From positions 66,043 through 130,042 of the forward strand of contig CBDCGV010000006.1 of the NCBI GenBank assembly GCA_965216955.1: 64,000 nt of DNA. The letters run 5' to 3'. The notes under the pieces were generated by a model that worked only from the letters and a program-made list of their open reading frames with translations, had not been told where the DNA came from and made no database searches. Below, in pieces: positions 1-8,823 of this stretch (its first letter is position 1; every line of letters begins with the position of its first letter). The stretch comes from Chitinophagales bacterium. GTDB taxonomy: Bacteria; Bacteroidota; Bacteroidia; Chitinophagales; JADIYW01. A program made the translations under genes and the position numbers.

Positions 1-1081
1 ACGGATTTGCTGCCATAGTACCGCCCACTTTTACTTTCTTTCCTCCTTGTAAACCGGCAGCTAACCCTTGCATATATTCTTTCTTACCTCCAATTCCTCC
101 TGCAGAAGGATACCCACCCGCAACTACTTTACCAAAAATGGTCAAATCCGGCATCACATTCCAATACCCTTGTGCTCCACTCATGCCTATTCTAAATGCT
201 GTTACCACTTCATCAAAAATCAACAACGCACCATATTTATCGCAAAGTTCACGCACTTGTTGACAGTATTCTTTCTGTAAAGGATAAGTGCCACTCTCTG
301 GCCCCATAGGCTCTAAAATAACAGCGGCGGTACCACCTCTTAGCTTATTGGTTTTTAATCGTCGTTCCAACACCTTAATGTTATTCGGAGGTACCGTTTG
401 TGTGTGCCACGTCATGGACCATGGAATACCTTTTGCATCAATTCTCCATGAGCCTGGAATTCGCAAACCATAAACCATCTGATCACTCCAACCATGATAG
501 GCGCCTCCCATTTTAATAATTTTCTTTTTACCTGTAATCAAGCGTGCTAATCTTAAGGCTCCCATTACTGCTTCTGTTCCACTTCCCAGCATTCTAAACA
601 TTTCCACTGAAGGCATGTTTCTGCAAATAATCTCTGCAATCTTATACTCATACTCATGAAACAACCCTGTTGACGGGCCGCAAGTTTCTAACAATTCAAT
701 GGCTTCCTTTCTAACTTTCTCATAATTACTTCCAAGAACGGTTGGCCCGCCGGCTTGTAAAAAATCAATGTACTTATTTCCATCTAAATCGTATAAATAT
801 GCTCCCTCAGCTTTTGTAAAAACAACAGGAAAAGGATAATTAAAAGCTAAATTATGTTGCACACCTCCCGGTATAAATTTTTGTGCTTCCGTAATCATCT
901 CTTTCGACTTAGCACATTGAGCATTCAATTGCTCTACATAGGCCTTCATTTTCTCTTCTTTAACGGAAGTAATAGGGAGACTCACTAATTTATTAAGCTT
1001 AGCATAAACTTCATCAACATTGTGATATTCTTGGATAGCAAATCCCGGTCTTTTTACTGCTGGCTGAGTCATTGTCGTCAT
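1..1081 (-). CDS. class-III PLP-dependent aminotransferase, glutamate-1-semialdehyde aminomutase-like (3' end runs off the window)
   Basis: Not in the ORF track because it is open at the window edge. Manual reverse translation from the ATG at 1081-1079 gives MTTMTQPAVKRPGF... It contains MLGSGTEAVMGALRLAR and LLIFDEVVTAFRIGMSGAQGYW, which are HemL/class-III signature blocks. Confidence 0.75.
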   Translation of the reverse strand, partial: MTTMTQPAVKRPGFAIQEYHNVDEVYAKLNKLVSLPITSVKEEKMKAYVEQLNAQCAKSKEMITEAQKFIPGGVQHNLAFNYPFPVVFTKAEGAYLYDLDGNKYIDFLQAGGPTVLGSNYEKVRKEAIELLETCGPSTGLFHEYEYKIAEIICRNMPSVEMFRMLGSGTEAVMGALRLARLITGKKKIIKMGGAYHGWSDQMVYGLRIPGSWRIDAKGIPWSMTWHTQTVPPNNIKVLERRLKTNKLRGGTAAVILEPMGPESGTYPLQKEYCQQVRELCDKYGALLIFDEVVTAFRIGMSGAQGYWNVMPDLTIFGKVVAGGYPSAGGIGGKKEYMQGLAAGLQGGKKVKVGGTMAANP

Positions 1082-1173
1082 AGTACCATTTTATATTGTA
1101 ATTATATCTACTACAAAGGTCTGATAAGAAATACAAAATTCCATTAACAAGAGATAATAAAATTAAAAGTTGA

Positions 1174-1761
1174 CTATTTCTTCTTAGAATGCAAGCGCGC
1201 TCTTAATCGGCTTAGAGAAACAGGCGTTATACCAATATAAGAGGCTAAAAGCTTTTGAGATACTCTATTAATTATTTCGGGTTTTGACTCTAATAACTGC
1301 AAATACCTTTCTTCCGGATTATGTAAAACGAACTTTTCCATTCTCAAAAAAGATTCCAAAAGTAATTGTTCAAGCATTTTATTAATACTCAACGCTATGC
1401 TAACATTTCGCGCAGATAGTTTTTGAATTACATCATACGATGTGACAAAGACAACAGCATCTTCTAGAGCTTGATAGGTTATTTTTGCAGGTTGCCCCAT
1501 TAAAATATTTGTATAGGAAGCGATAATATCATACTCTGAACTAAACCATAACGTTACTTCGCCATCTTCCTTTAAAATCATCCCACGAAAAAGTCCTTTT
1601 AAGACAAAGCCTAATTTTTTCTGATTGTCCCCTCTTGAAATTAAAAAGTCCTTTTTTTTAACCTCCACAAGAGTTCCTTGATCAGCAATTTCTTCAATAG
1701 TTTCTAAAGACAGATTGGGATATGCCTTTTTAAACTCCTGAATCACATTTGATAATTCCAT
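1174..1761 (-). CDS. Crp/Fnr-family transcriptional regulator (cNMP-binding domain + HTH)
   Basis: 195-aa ORF. Effector beta-barrel (KKDFLISRGD..KLGFVLKGLFRG) followed by a C-terminal HTH (VSQKLLASYIGITPVSLSRLRARL). Confidence 0.85.
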   Translation of the reverse strand: MELSNVIQEFKKAYPNLSLETIEEIADQGTLVEVKKKDFLISRGDNQKKLGFVLKGLFRGMILKEDGEVTLWFSSEYDIIASYTNILMGQPAKITYQALEDAVVFVTSYDVIQKLSARNVSIALSINKMLEQLLLESFLRMEKFVLHNPEERYLQLLESKPEIINRVSQKLLASYIGITPVSLSRLRARLHSKKK

Positions 1762-1813
1762 AAGAATTGACTGATTTATAAAAAGACCTCCATCGGTTTA
1801 AACATATTACCAA

Positions 1814-1999
1814 TCATTTCTTTTTTTGAGCTTTTGATGGAGCATCATTAGGTCCTCTTTTACTCTCCCTAATGGCTTTGTGCAATAAAAATTCGATTTG
1901 ACTATTTGTACTTCTAAACTCATCAGTTGCCCATTGCTCAATTACTTTTAAAGCTTCCGGATCCATTCGAAGCACAAACCTTTTCTTTTCTTCAGGCAT
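1814..1999 (-). CDS. ribbon-helix-helix (Arc/CopG-like) DNA-binding protein
   Basis: 61-aa ORF. KRFVLRMDPEALKVIEQWA..SQIEFLLHKAI fits the strand-helix-helix pattern, with a basic tail. Confidence 0.6.
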   Translation of the reverse strand: MPEEKKRFVLRMDPEALKVIEQWATDEFRSTNSQIEFLLHKAIRESKRGPNDAPSKAQKKK

Positions 2000-2000
2000 A

Positions 2001-2033
2001 ACAATGATTTATATTACAATGATATCATTTTGT
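2001..2033. promoter_or_regulatory. candidate operator: ACAATGAT direct repeat plus inverted half-site
   Basis: ACAATGAT occurs at 2001-2008 and 2016-2023. The second copy is followed by ATCATTtTGT at 2024-2033. The site lies directly upstream of the minus-strand ATG at 1999-1997. Confidence 0.3.
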
Positions 2034-2160
2034 GCAAAAAAATACAACTATATTGTATTCTTTAAAAAAGCACTACATTAATATACTGCTAAAATTAAAA
2101 ATCATCATTATTCAAACTAAGAATGGGATTTGTTGTTTACATGTATTGTGTAGGTACTAA

Positions 2161-2859
2161 CTAATCCTCAATTTCTATCATATCACTTTTACCTATCGCC
2201 AATCCACCTTTATATCTGCTCACCTGTATAACCTGCTCATATTTTCTTTCATTCACATCTGTAAATACCAACATCGCTCTATAAGCAACTCCTTTTTTCA
2301 TATCATCATGATTAAGTGAAAACTCTTTCTTTCCTAAATGAGGAATATTGCCACTTAAAACAACAGGGAGGTGTTTATAAGTTAGGCTTTCATTATTTTC
2401 TATTTCCATTTTTTCTGTTCTCAAATTAAATACTTCTCCTCCCAAGTTTGTTAATGTGCACTTATAAATTCTCAGTTTATAATTGTGAGGCTCAATGATA
2501 AAACTAAGATTTGGGATAGTCTTTTTGTACCTTTCAGTATTGGCTTTTTTTAACTGCTCACTAAGTATTTCAGTTTGATGTGAGCCTTGATCTACTAAAT
2601 TATTTGTTTCTTCAACCAATCTAACAATTGCGTCTAGTTGATTAGATTCAATTTTAATAACAGAATCTAATTGAATAATTTGCTTATTAGTTATTTCTTG
2701 GCTTTTTTTTAACTCCTTAGCAATTGTTTTAAGTTCTTCTATTTGATCTGCATTCTGACCTTGCTTAACTGAAATCTTGTTTCCCTTAATTGCTATAAGG
2801 AGACTCACAATTGCTAGGAAAATAGTTGCCACTTCATAACCATTTAGTTTTTTTATCAT
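2161..2859 (-). CDS. hypothetical membrane-anchored coiled-coil protein
   Basis: 232-aa ORF. N-terminal TM helix (VATIFLAIVSLLIAI), a Q/E/K/L-rich heptad-like segment, and a C-terminal beta-rich region. I recognise no family motif. Confidence 0.55.
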   Translation of the reverse strand: MIKKLNGYEVATIFLAIVSLLIAIKGNKISVKQGQNADQIEELKTIAKELKKSQEITNKQIIQLDSVIKIESNQLDAIVRLVEETNNLVDQGSHQTEILSEQLKKANTERYKKTIPNLSFIIEPHNYKLRIYKCTLTNLGGEVFNLRTEKMEIENNESLTYKHLPVVLSGNIPHLGKKEFSLNHDDMKKGVAYRAMLVFTDVNERKYEQVIQVSRYKGGLAIGKSDMIEIED

Positions 2860-3122
2860 TGTTTAAAAATAAGCAATGTTATCCCAATTCAATTATAAAA
2901 AAATGCTCATTGGACTTCATTTCTATTCCATAAATTGTGATTTCATTATTGCAGCGTTAATTACTACAACTTGTTCAATAATTTCGATAACTCTAATACA
3001 TTTTACCTTTAAATCGATAATGCAACCGAAGAAGCAACACCACCCGGCAGACCTATTCGTCTATGAATAATACGGTCGTTATCCTTTTACAAACCACTTA
3101 TCTAGAATATGACAAGCCAATT

Positions 3123-4295
3123 CTAACCTTGCAAAATTGCATTTACGGCGGTTTTAGCAGATTGTGCGGCGGTATGAACACTCCCCCAATCTTCTCCATC
3201 TGTATACGATGTTCCCGCAAAATAAAGTATATCGTTAACAGATTCACCTAATGTACTAACACGCCGCCAATTTTCCTCATCATTTACGTAGGCTCCTTTA
3301 ATATAGGGTTCATCATTCCAATCTTGAACAATGTGTTTTATATAATTAGAAGTTGCTTTCCCGTCAAAAATTTCATCTAACTCATTTAGAATATGGTCTT
3401 TTAAAGTATCTCCAGACAATGCATTAAAAGGTTGAGCCCCTGTCCCAACAGCAAATAAGCCAAGAATATTTTTGGTGGTACTTTGTCCATATGCCGCATC
3501 GTAATACCCTTTTTGACCGGCTGAGGCCGGTGAGATTAGAACCTCTAAATAAGTTGGATAAAACGACTCTGAAAATTCAAAAAATGCCTTAAACCCATCC
3601 CATACGGTAACCTTTTCCAATGCACTTGTCTTACTATCAGGTAAGGCAGGATTAAAAGTAATATCACCACTCTGAAGTACTTTTACAGGAGCAGTTAAAA
3701 TGACCTTGTCCGCTATATATTCTGTATTGTCTGTTGTTTTTACAATGACTTGATTGCCATTGGAATAGTCTATAGATTGAACAACTTCATTATACTTTAT
3801 TTTATTTGTAACACTTGGTAAAATGTACTGCTCATAAAAGTCCAACCATCCAGAATTGATAAACTTTTTATCCGTTTCAGCACCTAAGTTGCCTAATGCT
3901 AAAGTACTCCCATTCCACGTACCATAAGAATCCGTGGTTTTGTAACTCGCCATGTCAACATCCACTTGAACAGAGCTATCATTTACTATTTCGGTAAAAA
4001 CATTGGTTCCTACATGAAGCCATTCTGCTCCCAAGGGTATCGGAAAATCTGCAAAAGTTTTGTTTAATTTCATTCTCCCGCCATAGTTAGCACTGGCTTC
4101 CAAAATTTCAAACTCTACCCCTTGCTGATTTAAAAGATATGCAGCAGAAAGACCGGCCGCACCCGCACCAATAATTAAAACCTTTCCGTCGTAACTTCCA
4201 GAGAGCGTTTCCTCCTCACAAGATAATATAGCCCCATAAGCTGGAATTCCAACACCCAAAATCCCACACATTTTTAAAAACTCTTTCCTATTCAT
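3123..4295 (-). CDS. FAD-dependent amine oxidase / NAD(P)/FAD oxidoreductase, exported
   Basis: 390 aa. Signal or Tat-like N-terminus MNRKEFLKMCGILGVG. Dinucleotide fold VLIIGAGAAGLSAAYLL..ILEASANYGGR. C-terminal FAGTSYT..WGSVHTAAQSA is typical of flavin amine oxidases. Confidence 0.8.
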   Translation of the reverse strand: MNRKEFLKMCGILGVGIPAYGAILSCEEETLSGSYDGKVLIIGAGAAGLSAAYLLNQQGVEFEILEASANYGGRMKLNKTFADFPIPLGAEWLHVGTNVFTEIVNDSSVQVDVDMASYKTTDSYGTWNGSTLALGNLGAETDKKFINSGWLDFYEQYILPSVTNKIKYNEVVQSIDYSNGNQVIVKTTDNTEYIADKVILTAPVKVLQSGDITFNPALPDSKTSALEKVTVWDGFKAFFEFSESFYPTYLEVLISPASAGQKGYYDAAYGQSTTKNILGLFAVGTGAQPFNALSGDTLKDHILNELDEIFDGKATSNYIKHIVQDWNDEPYIKGAYVNDEENWRRVSTLGESVNDILYFAGTSYTDGEDWGSVHTAAQSAKTAVNAILQG

Positions 4296-4492
4296 AAGGC
4301 TATCGATTTAAGATTTATGCTCAACATTAAACGGAAATTTCTGATGTAAATTATAATTATATAGGTAGTGAATTTGAAAATCTATAAAGGTGGCTTAATA
4401 ATAGCAATGTACCAATTTATTTTGAACTAAATGGTAGAGCCGACCCACTATTCCAATTATTATAAAGACCTTTTACAATAGTTAAATCCTAT

Positions 4493-4500
4493 TATATTTG
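4493..4500 (+). promoter_or_regulatory. Bacteroidota -7 type promoter box TATATTTG for tRNA-Ala
   Basis: Matches TAnnTTTG and ends 11 nt before the mature tRNA 5' end. Confidence 0.45.
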
Positions 4501-4511
4501 TACTTTCTCAT

Positions 4512-4585
4512 GGGGCCTTAGCTCAGCTGGCTAGAGCGTTTGACTGGCAGTCAAGAGGTCGCGGGTTCGACTCCCGCAGGCTCCA
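4512..4585 (+). tRNA. tRNA-Ala(GGC): tRNA-Ala, anticodon GGC
   Basis: Hand-folded cloverleaf: acceptor GGGGCCT/AGGCTCC with the G3:U70 Ala identity pair, D arm GCTC/GAGC, anticodon stem TTTGA/TCAAG with loop CTGGCAG, T arm GCGGG-TTCGACT-CCCGC, discriminator A. No encoded CCA. Confidence 0.95.
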
Positions 4586-5113
4586 CTATTTAAGCTTTGT
4601 TTCTGTTTTATTTTAAGAAATTGACAGAATTACCTTAATCGGTTAAAAAGCTCAGCGGAGATAATAGTAATCACAATTTTATAGATGGTAAGATCTAAAG
4701 GCAATTCGGTTAGTTGAATTAGTTGTTCTCTTGCAACAAGGAAAGCTGTTTCTGAATCAAGGGCATTTTCTCTCAACATCATTTTATGCAATTGAATTTT
4801 GTCGTCGTTAGTAAAAGTTACTTCAATCCCAGAGTGAATAATAGAAAGTTTAATAGGATACGTTATATTCGAATAACTATTAAATTATAATGTTTTCATT
4901 TAAATTATAATTCATCAGGTATTATAAATACACAACGCAGTCTTAACAACACAATACAAACAAAAGAATATAAATAATTTAAAAGCACATAATAAGATCA
5001 AGCTAAATAGTCTGGTTTTTTTTCCACCCCTTGCATTTCTTGGAATAACGATTTTTTTTAGTTTAACAAAGCCAAAACGGTTTTTAGAAGTTGTAAGTCA
5101 AATTCACCAATGG

Positions 5114-6505
5114 GTGTTGGATTATTTTGGATGGCTATTTAATTGGAGCAGCTTTATTTTTCTAATTCTTTTAGCGACAGTTTACATTTCTCCACTGGGA
5201 AAACTCAAAATAGGAGGTGAAAAAGCAAAGCCCATATTAACTAAATGGCGTTGGTTTGCTATTGCTATATGCACTACCATAGCTACTGGTATATTATTTT
5301 GGGGATGTGCTGAACCATTATACCATTTTCACAGTCCTCCTATGGAACTGGGATTTGATAGTACTTCAAAAGAGGCCTTTAATTTTAGTTTATCCACCAT
5401 GTATATGCATTGGTCTATTACCCCATATGGAATTTATTGTATAACAGGCCTCTTGTTTGCTATTGTATATTATAATTACAAACAACCCTTTCGTATTAGT
5501 TCACTTTTTTATCCCCTTTTAGGAAACAAGACGAATAAAAAGATTTTACAATTGGTAGATACTCTTTGCTTATATGCCCTGACATTAGGGATGTCAGCAT
5601 CACTTGCAACTGGTATTTTAGCATTAATGGGAGGTTTAGAAACTAATTTTAATATTGCCAAATCCCATGTAACTATGGCTCTAATTGGGTTAGCGATTAT
5701 TTTTACTTTTATAGCTTCAGCTGCCAGTGGGTTACAAAGGGGAATTAAGACACTTTCTAATATTAGCTTAATTTCATTTATCATTCTAGCCATAGTGGTA
5801 TTTACCTTTGGTCCTACTATTGGTATAATAAAGGGTTTTAGTAGTAGTATTATAACGTATGTAAATACTTTTGTTAGTACCAGTACTGGTATTGGTAGCC
5901 CTATAAATAAAGATTGGTTGGATGGATGGACCATTTTTTACTGGGCCAATTGGTTTGCATGGGCACCGATATCATGCCTGTTTTTAGGTCGGCTAGCAGT
6001 GGGGTATTCAGTAAGGGAATTTGTACAGTGTAATTTATTACTCCCCTCTTTGTTTGCTATATTATGGATGAGTATTTTCAGTGGTACTACATTACTATTT
6101 GATATAGCTCAGCATGGCTCTTTATTTAGCTTAATGAAAGAAACAGGAGAAGAAAGTGTAATGTATGCCATATTTAATCAATTGCCATTTGGGCGATTGA
6201 TTAGTATTTCCACAATTTTAATGATTTTTATTTCTTATGTAACTGCCGCGGATTCCAACATATCAGCCATGAGTTCAATCAGTAGTCACGGTATTGACCC
6301 TAAACACCCAGAAGCACCAATATGGATAAAAATAATTTGGGGAGTAATTATTGGTATAATCTCATGGATTATGCTTACTTATGCAGGTATTGATGGAATC
6401 AAGATGTTATCAGTTTTGGGAGGGTTCCCTGCCTTATTTATTATTATTTTAGCTGCTTGTGGGTTATTAAAATTACTTATTCATAGTAATACAATTCCAA
6501 AATAG
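5114..6505 (+). CDS. BCCT-family (betaine/carnitine/choline) transporter; the true start is probably further upstream
   Basis: 463-aa polytopic ORF. FGWLFNW..GKLKIGGEKAKP..WRWFAIAICTTIATGILFWGCAEP is the conserved BCCT N-terminal block. The listed start is a GTG. The same frame is open back to 4928 and encodes a further TM helix. Confidence 0.85.
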   Translation: MLDYFGWLFNWSSFIFLILLATVYISPLGKLKIGGEKAKPILTKWRWFAIAICTTIATGILFWGCAEPLYHFHSPPMELGFDSTSKEAFNFSLSTMYMHWSITPYGIYCITGLLFAIVYYNYKQPFRISSLFYPLLGNKTNKKILQLVDTLCLYALTLGMSASLATGILALMGGLETNFNIAKSHVTMALIGLAIIFTFIASAASGLQRGIKTLSNISLISFIILAIVVFTFGPTIGIIKGFSSSIITYVNTFVSTSTGIGSPINKDWLDGWTIFYWANWFAWAPISCLFLGRLAVGYSVREFVQCNLLLPSLFAILWMSIFSGTTLLFDIAQHGSLFSLMKETGEESVMYAIFNQLPFGRLISISTILMIFISYVTAADSNISAMSSISSHGIDPKHPEAPIWIKIIWGVIIGIISWIMLTYAGIDGIKMLSVLGGFPALFIIILAACGLLKLLIHSNTIPK

Positions 6506-6546
6506 TATTTGAGAAGAATTATAAATATAAGAGATACTATCTTTTA

Positions 6547-6873
6547 CTATATAAACTTCAAAATTATAATGACTCCTCCACAAACCAAGGTTCCAAATAC
6601 GATGCCTTGCATCGTTCGGGGCTTATCAAGTGAATTGGCTATTGCCAAAAATAGCAGATTGATGAGTAAAGCCATACTCATAATTTTAGCTAGAATATTG
6701 CCGTTTTTTGATAACTTAAAAAAATCATCCCAAGAGCCAACATCTGCCAAAAAGAGGACATAAAACAAAAAATATCCTAATATGGGACCTATTAAACCTA
6801 AAACTAGACCCAACCAAAGGCTGTTGTATTTATTACGTTTTACTTGATAAGCACCTTCATGCATTACTCCCAC
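6547..6873 (-). CDS. small integral membrane protein, unknown function
   Basis: 108-aa ORF with about 3 hydrophobic helices. It overlaps the surE stop by 10 nt (operon-like). The opposite-strand ORF 6509..6763 is judged spurious. Confidence 0.55.
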   Translation of the reverse strand: MGVMHEGAYQVKRNKYNSLWLGLVLGLIGPILGYFLFYVLFLADVGSWDDFFKLSKNGNILAKIMSMALLINLLFLAIANSLDKPRTMQGIVFGTLVCGGVIIILKFI

Positions 6874-7628
6874 TCTGTATTTAATTTTCTTATTAATTGA
6901 TGATCTGTTAAATCATACATTACTGGCACTACAGAAACATAACCATTGTTCAGTGCCCATTCATCTGTATCTTCTCCATGATCATAATTAACAAAACGTC
7001 CAGTTAACCAAAAATATTTTTTACCACTTGGATCTTGTCTCTCATCAAACTCTTCCACCCATTTGGCATCCGCTTGGCGGCAAATCTTATATCCCTTGAT
7101 CTCCTCTTTACTCAAATTAGGAATGTTCACATTTAAAACGCTCCCCTTAGGAAAATCACTTTCTAGTACTTTTTTTGTTAAAATACCTGCATAATGTGCT
7201 GCCCCTGAAAAATCTGCATCAAAATCATAATTCAGCAATGAAAAACCTATCGCCGGAATGCCATCGATAGCCGCTTCCATAGCCGCAGACATCGTTCCAG
7301 AATAGATCACATTAATAGAAGAATTTGAACCATGGTTAATTCCTGACACACATATATCCGGCCTTCGTGGCAACAGCTTATCCAAAGCTATTTTTACACA
7401 GTCTACTGGTGTTCCGGAGCATTGATATGCCGGAATTTCATCGAATACGTCCATTTTAGTAATTCGTAAGGGCTCATGAATGGTAATGGCATGCCCCATT
7501 CCACTTTGTGGACTATCTGGCGCCACTACAAAAACATCTCCTAAAGATTGCATGGTATTTACTAATGATTTGATTCCCGGTGCAATTATCCCGTCATCAT
7601 TAGTAACTAAAATTAATGGTTTCTGCAT
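6864..7628 (-). CDS. surE: 5'/3'-nucleotidase SurE
   Basis: 254 aa. N-terminal ILVTNDDGIIAPGI and GINHGSN motifs. Confidence 0.95.
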   Translation of the reverse strand: MQKPLILVTNDDGIIAPGIKSLVNTMQSLGDVFVVAPDSPQSGMGHAITIHEPLRITKMDVFDEIPAYQCSGTPVDCVKIALDKLLPRRPDICVSGINHGSNSSINVIYSGTMSAAMEAAIDGIPAIGFSLLNYDFDADFSGAAHYAGILTKKVLESDFPKGSVLNVNIPNLSKEEIKGYKICRQADAKWVEEFDERQDPSGKKYFWLTGRFVNYDHGEDTDEWALNNGYVSVVPVMYDLTDHQLIRKLNTEWE

Positions 7629-7654
7629 GAGTCAAATGTAAGGTTTTTAAATGG

Positions 7655-7694
7655 ACCTGTTAGGTTGAACCTAACAGGTTCGAAACAGGTTCGA
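7655..7694. promoter_or_regulatory. 10-bp perfect hairpin plus tandem 11-mer in a divergent promoter region
   Basis: ACCTGTTAGG (7655-7664), loop TTGAA, CCTAACAGGT (7670-7679). AACAGGTTCGA is repeated in tandem at 7673-7683 and 7684-7694, then followed by an A8 run. Confidence 0.35.
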
Positions 7695-7729
7695 AAAAAA
7701 ACTTAAATTAGGCATTCATTCCTACTTTA

Positions 7730-8344
7730 ATGAAATCATTATACAAAATACTAGGACTTGCCTTGCTAATAGTTTTAGCTCACTTTTTACTATTGAAACC
7801 CATTTCGAAAATCTTTAACAAAAAAAAGGTAACATCTGTAGAAAGTACTGTATTAATGGAGCGGTTTGAGAAGGTGTGTAAAATTGTTAATATTGAAGGC
7901 TATATATCCGAAATATTAGATTACAAAGATTTCGAAATTATCAATTTCCCCGGATTTAGAAAAAAGGCGCTTATTAAAGCGGAGGCAAAAATTTTAGTCG
8001 GTTATGATCTTGAAAATATAAATATCCGACTTGATCATAATAAAAAAATCATTTTTATTGATTCTCTTTCAACTCCGCAAATCTTGGCTATTGACAATAA
8101 GCTCTCTTATTACGACCTGTCTGAGGGACTCTTTAACAACTTTAAAGAAGAGGACTTAAACCAGCTTAATAATAAAAGTCGACAACTCATTGAAGAAAAG
8201 GTAAATGAATCTTCGTTATTTAAAGAAGCTGAAAATCAAATGCACCATCTATTGATGTTGTTTACTGCTGTCGCTGCAGAAGGTGGATGGGAATTGAAAT
8301 ACAAAAATAAAACCTTAGATTTCGGAGAACACAAATACCAATAA
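7730..8344 (+). CDS. DUF4230-like membrane-anchored protein
   Basis: 204 aa. N-terminal TM helix. The KALIKAEAKILVGYDLENI..IDSLSTPQILAID pattern resembles DUF4230. Family assignment is from memory. Confidence 0.5.
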   Translation: MKSLYKILGLALLIVLAHFLLLKPISKIFNKKKVTSVESTVLMERFEKVCKIVNIEGYISEILDYKDFEIINFPGFRKKALIKAEAKILVGYDLENINIRLDHNKKIIFIDSLSTPQILAIDNKLSYYDLSEGLFNNFKEEDLNQLNNKSRQLIEEKVNESSLFKEAENQMHHLLMLFTAVAAEGGWELKYKNKTLDFGEHKYQ

Positions 8345-8823
8345 TGGAAATTTTAGCAATTGTTTTAGGCATTCTACTTATTCTTTTGGGAATTACATTC
8401 AGTGTTTTACCTCCTATTCCCGGGCCGCCATTCGCACTTGGAGGACTTCTGCTATTGCATTTTTTGCATGATGGAGTCACATTCAGCAGTACTTTTTTAA
8501 TAATAATGACAATTGCAACAGCGCTAATTTTGATTTTAGATTACTTAGTTCCTATTTGGGGAACTAAAAAGTTTGGAGGTACTAAAGCTGGAGTTAGAGG
8601 CAGTATTGTCGGACTGATATTGGGGTTAATATTTATGGGGCCGCTAGGCATCATTTTAGGGCCTTTTTTAGGTGCCTTGATTGCGGAATTGATTACCGGT
8701 AATGATATGAATACTGCCTTTAAATCGGGTTTTGGCTCTTTTATTGGGTTCTTGTTAGGAACAGGACTTAAATTGGGGATATCTATCCTAATGTCTATAC
8801 AGTTTATTAAAGCTTTGATTTAA
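8344..8823 (+). CDS. DUF456-family membrane protein
   Basis: 159 aa. LPPIPGPPFALGG..WGTKKFGGTKAGVRGSIVG..GPFLGALIAEL matches the DUF456 pattern. The start overlaps the upstream stop (ATAATG). Confidence 0.7.
   Translation: MEILAIVLGILLILLGITFSVLPPIPGPPFALGGLLLLHFLHDGVTFSSTFLIIMTIATALILILDYLVPIWGTKKFGGTKAGVRGSIVGLILGLIFMGPLGIILGPFLGALIAELITGNDMNTAFKSGFGSFIGFLLGTGLKLGISILMSIQFIKALI

Noticed and set aside
68-473. Plus-strand ORFs 68..280 and 288..473
   Set aside because: They lie antisense inside a clearly recognisable class-III aminotransferase gene on the minus strand. Their sequences are low-complexity with no motifs.
2876-3251. ORFs 2876..3070 and 3063..3251 (plus strand)
   Set aside because: The second overlaps the 3' end of the amine oxidase gene. 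The first lies in an AT-rich spacer, is Ile/Phe/Cys-rich and has no promoter box or homology signal. I would not annotate either without expression evidence.
5509-5934. 141-aa minus-strand ORF
   Set aside because: It lies fully inside the BCCT transporter CDS. It is a typical shadow ORF.
7673-7694. GGTTCGAA motifs as a tRNA T-loop or tRNA fragment
   Set aside because: The flanking bases cannot form a T stem (ACAGG versus CAGGT), and there are no acceptor or anticodon arms. It is a tandem 11-mer, not a tRNA remnant.
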